Source: Oculatellaceae cyanobacterium bins.114 (GTDB taxonomy: Bacteria; Cyanobacteriota; Cyanobacteriia; Elainellales; Elainellaceae). Taken from it: DNA of 64,000 nt. The DNA is taken from NCBI GenBank assembly GCA_033764315.1, contig JANRJA010000137.1, forward strand, positions 46,274-110,273, written 5' to 3'. Below, piece after piece: positions 60,082 to 64,000 of the stretch (positions are counted from its first letter, which is position 1; the number at the start of each line of letters is the position of its first letter). The translations under genes were made by a program, and so were the position numbers. The notes beneath the pieces are model-generated. The model did not search any database. It saw only the letters and a program-made list of their open reading frames with translations, and was not told where the DNA came from.

Positions 60082-61542
60082 ATGCGTTTTGACTACGATT
60101 TAGTCATTATTGGCGGCACGATCGCCGCTCGTCAGGCTGCCCTCACGGCTGTCTCGTGGAATGCTCGTGTAGCTCTGGTAGAACCGTCTCAATCGGATGT
60201 TGGCAATGAGATAGGGATTCAGTCAACCCTGGGATATCTGGGACAAATCATGCAACGCCTGCAACAAGCTGAGTCGTTGGGCATTCATTGGGGGCGAGAG
60301 AGCCATCCCATCGTCAACTGGGCAGACGCCTTGTATTGGGCGCAACAGGTGGTTGAAAATTTAGAGGCAGAGCGATCGCCTGATATCCTTGCTGCTCATG
60401 GGGTTGACGTAATTGTAGGAAATGGAGAGTTTTGTCGGCGACCTCGGATGGCGTTTGTGGTGAATGGGCGAGTATTGCGATCGCGCCGTTATTTAATTGC
60501 GACAGCGGCTCGTCAAACGATGCTTGCAATTGAAGGCTTGGTGCAGGCCAATCCCCTCACGCTGGAGCAGTTGTGGCGATCACCCCAGGGAGATGGCTTG
60601 GCATCGCTGTCTGCGCTCAAGCCCAATTCTCATCTCATCTTGATCGGGGCAAGCCCTGTTGGGGTGGAATTGGCGCAAACTTTAAATCGGTGTGGATTTC
60701 AGGTGACGTTGATTACCAGCCGCGATCGCCTGTTGCCGCAAGAAGATGTGGATGCGGTGCGCTTGATTCAGGCACAGCTAGAAGCGGAGGGAGTGCAAGT
60801 CTTGACTCAGGCTGAGGTGACTCAAGTGCGGCAGTTGGGGCAGCAAAAATGGGTGCAAGCTGGAACACGAGCCTTAGAAGCAGATGAAATCATTCTGACA
60901 ACGGGGCAGCAACCTGACCTGGAAACGCTTAATCTAGCGGCTGTTGATGTGGCTGTTTCTGATATGGGGATTCAAGTCAACCCTAAATTGCAGACCACCC
61001 ATCCCCGCATTTATGCGTGCGGTGAAGTGCTGGGGGATTATCCTTTTGCTCACATCGCTCACTATGAAGCAGACATTGCTGTTAAGAATGCCCTCTTCTT
61101 TCCCCGGTTTCAGGTCGATTATTCCTCTATCCCGTGGGCGATCGCCACTGACCCTGCCCTAGCTCGCATTGGTTTGACCGAAGCCCAAGCACGCCACCGC
61201 TATGGCGATCGCATGACAGTGCTTTATCAGCCGCTCAAGCGAGTTGCCAAAGCTCAAATGCAAGGTAACACGACCGGATTTTGTAAGTTAATCGTTCGTC
61301 CCAATGGTCAGATTCTTGGGGTACACATTGTCAGCCCTGAAGCAGAAGAACTGATTGCGGCGATCGCTCCTCTGATGCGGCATAAACACCCGTTGCAAAC
61401 CCTGGCATCGTTTCCAGCGATCAGCCCAAGCTGGTCAGAAGTGTTGCATCTCGCTGCCTTGGAGTGGCGACAACACCAGAGCGATCGTCATCCCCTGATG
61501 CGAGAGGTACGAGAAACCTGGTTTAACTGGCGGCGATCGTAA
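60082..61542 (+). CDS. Pyridine nucleotide-disulfide oxidoreductase-like protein (MerA/LPD fold), degenerate
   Basis: DYDLVIIGG, GVELAQ, LQTTHPRIYACG, TDPALARIGLTE, GFCKL, ILGVHI. Confidence 0.85.
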   Translation: MRFDYDLVIIGGTIAARQAALTAVSWNARVALVEPSQSDVGNEIGIQSTLGYLGQIMQRLQQAESLGIHWGRESHPIVNWADALYWAQQVVENLEAERSPDILAAHGVDVIVGNGEFCRRPRMAFVVNGRVLRSRRYLIATAARQTMLAIEGLVQANPLTLEQLWRSPQGDGLASLSALKPNSHLILIGASPVGVELAQTLNRCGFQVTLITSRDRLLPQEDVDAVRLIQAQLEAEGVQVLTQAEVTQVRQLGQQKWVQAGTRALEADEIILTTGQQPDLETLNLAAVDVAVSDMGIQVNPKLQTTHPRIYACGEVLGDYPFAHIAHYEADIAVKNALFFPRFQVDYSSIPWAIATDPALARIGLTEAQARHRYGDRMTVLYQPLKRVAKAQMQGNTTGFCKLIVRPNGQILGVHIVSPEAEELIAAIAPLMRHKHPLQTLASFPAISPSWSEVLHLAALEWRQHQSDRHPLMREVRETWFNWRRS

Positions 61543-61552
61543 TGGTTTAGGC

Positions 61553-61607
61553 GTAGGAACGCGATTTCGGGTTTTCGGGGTAGGAACGCGATTAATCGCG
61601 TCCCTAC
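61553..61607. repeat. REP-like palindrome GTAGGAACGCGATTAATCGCGTCCCTAC plus an upstream half copy
   Basis: Full copy 61580-61607, half copy from 61553; lies between convergent genes. Confidence 0.8.
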
Positions 61608-61617
61608 CGACCCCTGG

Positions 61618-62970
61618 TTATGGATTGATAAATTGCAATGCCTGCCCCCGAACGGTTGTGTTTAATGTGCCGTGGTCATACACAACTTGACCCCCGACGA
61701 TCGTGACAACTGGGTGTCCGGTAAGACTCCAACCCTCAAACGGACTCCATCCACATTTGGTTAACAGATCCTCACGCAACACAGGTCGATAGGTCGTGAG
61801 ATCGACCAGCACCAAATCAGCATCATAGCCAGGGGCGATCGCCCCTTTATTGGGAATCCCATATCGTTTGGCAACAGCGGTTGACATCCAATGGGCGACT
61901 TGAGCAACGCTACAGCGTCCTTGCATCGCCTGAGTTAACATCAGCGGCAGTGAGGTTTCGACACCCGGCATTCCCGATGGGCTTTGAGGATAAGATTGTG
62001 CCTTTTCTTCTAACGTGTGTGGAGCATGATCGGTGGCAATAAAGTCAATGACCCCATCTAGCAAGGCTTGCCAGAGCACCTCTGAGTCGTGGGGCGATCG
62101 CAGCGGCGGGTTCATTTGTGCCAAAGTGCCCAGTGTTTCATAGGCATGGGTATTGAGCAGCAAGTGTTGGGGGGTCACCTCAGCCGTTACCCAGGCAGGT
62201 TTATCCTGTCGCAACAGCTCAGCTTCGTCTGCCGTAGACAGATGCAAAATATGCAGATTGCGCTGATAGCGTTTTGACAACTTCAAGGCTAGTTGGGTTG
62301 CTTGCAATGCTGCTTGATTGTCTTGAATTTCAGAGTGAACCGCAGGATTTTTATTTCCCGCAAACAGTTTGCGGCGTTGTCGAATGCGCTCTTGGTCTTC
62401 AGCGTGAACGGCAATCAGGCGATTTTCGGCAGTTGGGTCAGCCACATCACGATAAAAAATCTTGTCTAAAACCTCTTCCTGTTCTACGAGCAGTGCCCCG
62501 TGATTAGACCCCATAAAAATCTTAATGCCACACACAGGGTGTGCTGTCCGCAGGTCAGGCAAATTTTCGGCGGTCGCCCCAATAAAAAAACCATAGTTGA
62601 CCAGGCACTTGACGGCAGCCCGTTGCAGTTTGTCGTCTAACGCTGCCTGAGTGATGGTCAGAGGACGGGTGTTAGGCATTTCTAAAAAGGAAGTCACTCC
62701 TCCTTTAGCACAGGCACAACTGGCCGTAAACAAATCTTCTTTATGTTCTAGCCCTGGCTCTCGAAAATGTACCTGGGGGTCAATGACTCCCGGCAACACT
62801 GTCAATCCTTTAGCGTCAATAACTAAAGCTGAATCAGTATTAGGTTGAGAGGCTTGTGAGGTAATTTCCACAATCTTGCCATTTTGCACCAAGACTTCAC
62901 CCTTAAGGAAGTTGCCATCGGGTAACAAGATCTGGGCGTTTTGAAGCAGAAGAGAAGAAGCAAAATTCAT
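61618..62970 (-). CDS. pyrC: Dihydroorotase
   Basis: DPQVHFREPG, EMPNT, HAED, HILHLST, MNPPLR, ATDHAPH. Confidence 0.9.
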   Translation of the reverse strand: MNFASSLLLQNAQILLPDGNFLKGEVLVQNGKIVEITSQASQPNTDSALVIDAKGLTVLPGVIDPQVHFREPGLEHKEDLFTASCACAKGGVTSFLEMPNTRPLTITQAALDDKLQRAAVKCLVNYGFFIGATAENLPDLRTAHPVCGIKIFMGSNHGALLVEQEEVLDKIFYRDVADPTAENRLIAVHAEDQERIRQRRKLFAGNKNPAVHSEIQDNQAALQATQLALKLSKRYQRNLHILHLSTADEAELLRQDKPAWVTAEVTPQHLLLNTHAYETLGTLAQMNPPLRSPHDSEVLWQALLDGVIDFIATDHAPHTLEEKAQSYPQSPSGMPGVETSLPLMLTQAMQGRCSVAQVAHWMSTAVAKRYGIPNKGAIAPGYDADLVLVDLTTYRPVLREDLLTKCGWSPFEGWSLTGHPVVTIVGGQVVYDHGTLNTTVRGQALQFINP

Positions 62971-63108
62971 CGGATTAGAAGGTTGCGATCGCGCTATGGT
63001 TGAAATCTAATCATTGAGTCACCATGTCTGGTAAAACCTTCACTAGCGGTCTCTCAAAATCGATTAGGCTAATGTTTAGTTCCATTTATGGGCACGTTGC
63101 AATAACCC

Positions 63109-63864
63109 ATGCCGACTCAATCCAATCCTAACTCCCAACCAGAGTCTGATAACTCTCCAATATTCAACTCTGACGGATCTCAATTGGCGAAACCGGACTC
63201 AGAGGAACCCCCTCAAATCCCTCCTCGTGACATTGAAAAGTCCTCTGCAATACCCGACGAAAATCCCTGGGTTGAGATGCTCAAAACCGTTGGGCTGAGT
63301 GTCATTTTGGCGTTAGGCATTCGTCAATTTGTTGCCGAAGCTCGTTACATCCCTTCAGAGTCGATGCGCCCGACCTTAGAAGTCAACGATCGTCTGATTA
63401 TTGAAAAAGTTAGTTATTACTTCTATACGCCGCAGCGGGGCGACATTATTGTATTTAGACCTACGGATCGCCTGCGTCAAGCCAACCCCAGCCTCAAAGA
63501 CGCTTTTATCAAACGGGTGATTGGGTTACCGGGTGAAACGGTGGCCGTCCGCAATGGACAGGTTTTTATCAACGATCAACCGATCGCAGAAAACTATACC
63601 TTTGCTCCACCTGACTATACCTGGGGTCCTGAAGTGGTTCCAGAAAATTCTTACTTAGTATTGGGTGACAATCGCAACAACAGTTACGACAGCCATTTTT
63701 GGGGGTTTGTCCCGCGTGAGAATATTATTGGTCGCGCTGTCGTGCGCTTTTGGCCCCTCAAACGCATGGGTAGCGTTGGTCCAGAGCCGCCCTATCGACA
63801 GTCTCCTGCAGCAGAATCGTCACCAGCTACCACAGAATCACCTGACGCCTCTCCTACTCCTTAG
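63109..63864 (+). CDS. lepB: Signal peptidase I
   Basis: [38 protein letters not shown]. Confidence 0.96.
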   Translation: MPTQSNPNSQPESDNSPIFNSDGSQLAKPDSEEPPQIPPRDIEKSSAIPDENPWVEMLKTVGLSVILALGIRQFVAEARYIPSESMRPTLEVNDRLIIEKVSYYFYTPQRGDIIVFRPTDRLRQANPSLKDAFIKRVIGLPGETVAVRNGQVFINDQPIAENYTFAPPDYTWGPEVVPENSYLVLGDNRNNSYDSHFWGFVPRENIIGRAVVRFWPLKRMGSVGPEPPYRQSPAAESSPATTESPDASPTP

Positions 63865-64000
63865 AGGATGTCTGAGAAGTTTTTGGCGGTTAAAACCGCG
63901 ACTACAAAAACAAAGTCCGCCGTCGCGGACTCAAGCCAATCTAGGCTTTTTGTAACCTGCGGAGGCAGGTTTTGTTCGTGTAGCTGCGACTTGAGTCGCC
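63862..64000. repeat. Dispersed palindromic repeat, copy 4 (runs off the window edge)
   Basis: GGCGGTTAAAACCGC...AGTCCGCCGTCGCGGACT...AACCTGCGGAGGCAGGTT...GCGACTTGAGTCGCC. Confidence 0.8.

Noticed and set aside
1..64000. Very frequent GCGATCGC
   Set aside because: This is HIP1, expected in most cyanobacteria; used only as a taxonomic and foreign-DNA marker.

Overview
Chromosomal window from a cyanobacterium: the HIP1 octamer GCGATCGC is very frequent, and psbH/psbN, beta-carboxysome genes and cpcS are present. Recognisable content includes a brnT/brnA toxin-antitoxin pair, a Ser/Thr kinase-WD40 gene, pth-tatA-psbH/psbN, a GH38 alpha-mannosidase, ccmK2-K1-L-M-N-O divergent from ndhF4-ndhD4-cupB, rhodanese-hrcA, a TpsB (ShlB/FhaC) plus TPR-CHAT pair, a 7TM-HD phosphohydrolase, ABC components, folC, tRNA-His, pilMNOQ, HU, cobD, pyrC and lepB. 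The best candidate for an undescribed system is a tightly coupled four-ORF cassette (about 43660-45923) behind a consensus cyanobacterial LexA box. It encodes a small multi-TM protein, a 32-aa membrane microprotein that the ORF track does not call from this start, a membrane-anchored two-Cys protein, and an exported protein with a divergent GH24/T4-lysozyme-like motif. Other notable items: a TPR gene bracketed by IS630-like inverted ends, nested miniature mobile repeats, an in-frame repeat expansion inside the mannosidase, a CcmM with a degenerate gamma-CA site, two candidate sRNAs sharing motifs, an unlisted 36-aa TM ORF, and an AT-rich lone nuclease-like gene. All family assignments come from motif recognition by eye; no database searches were run.
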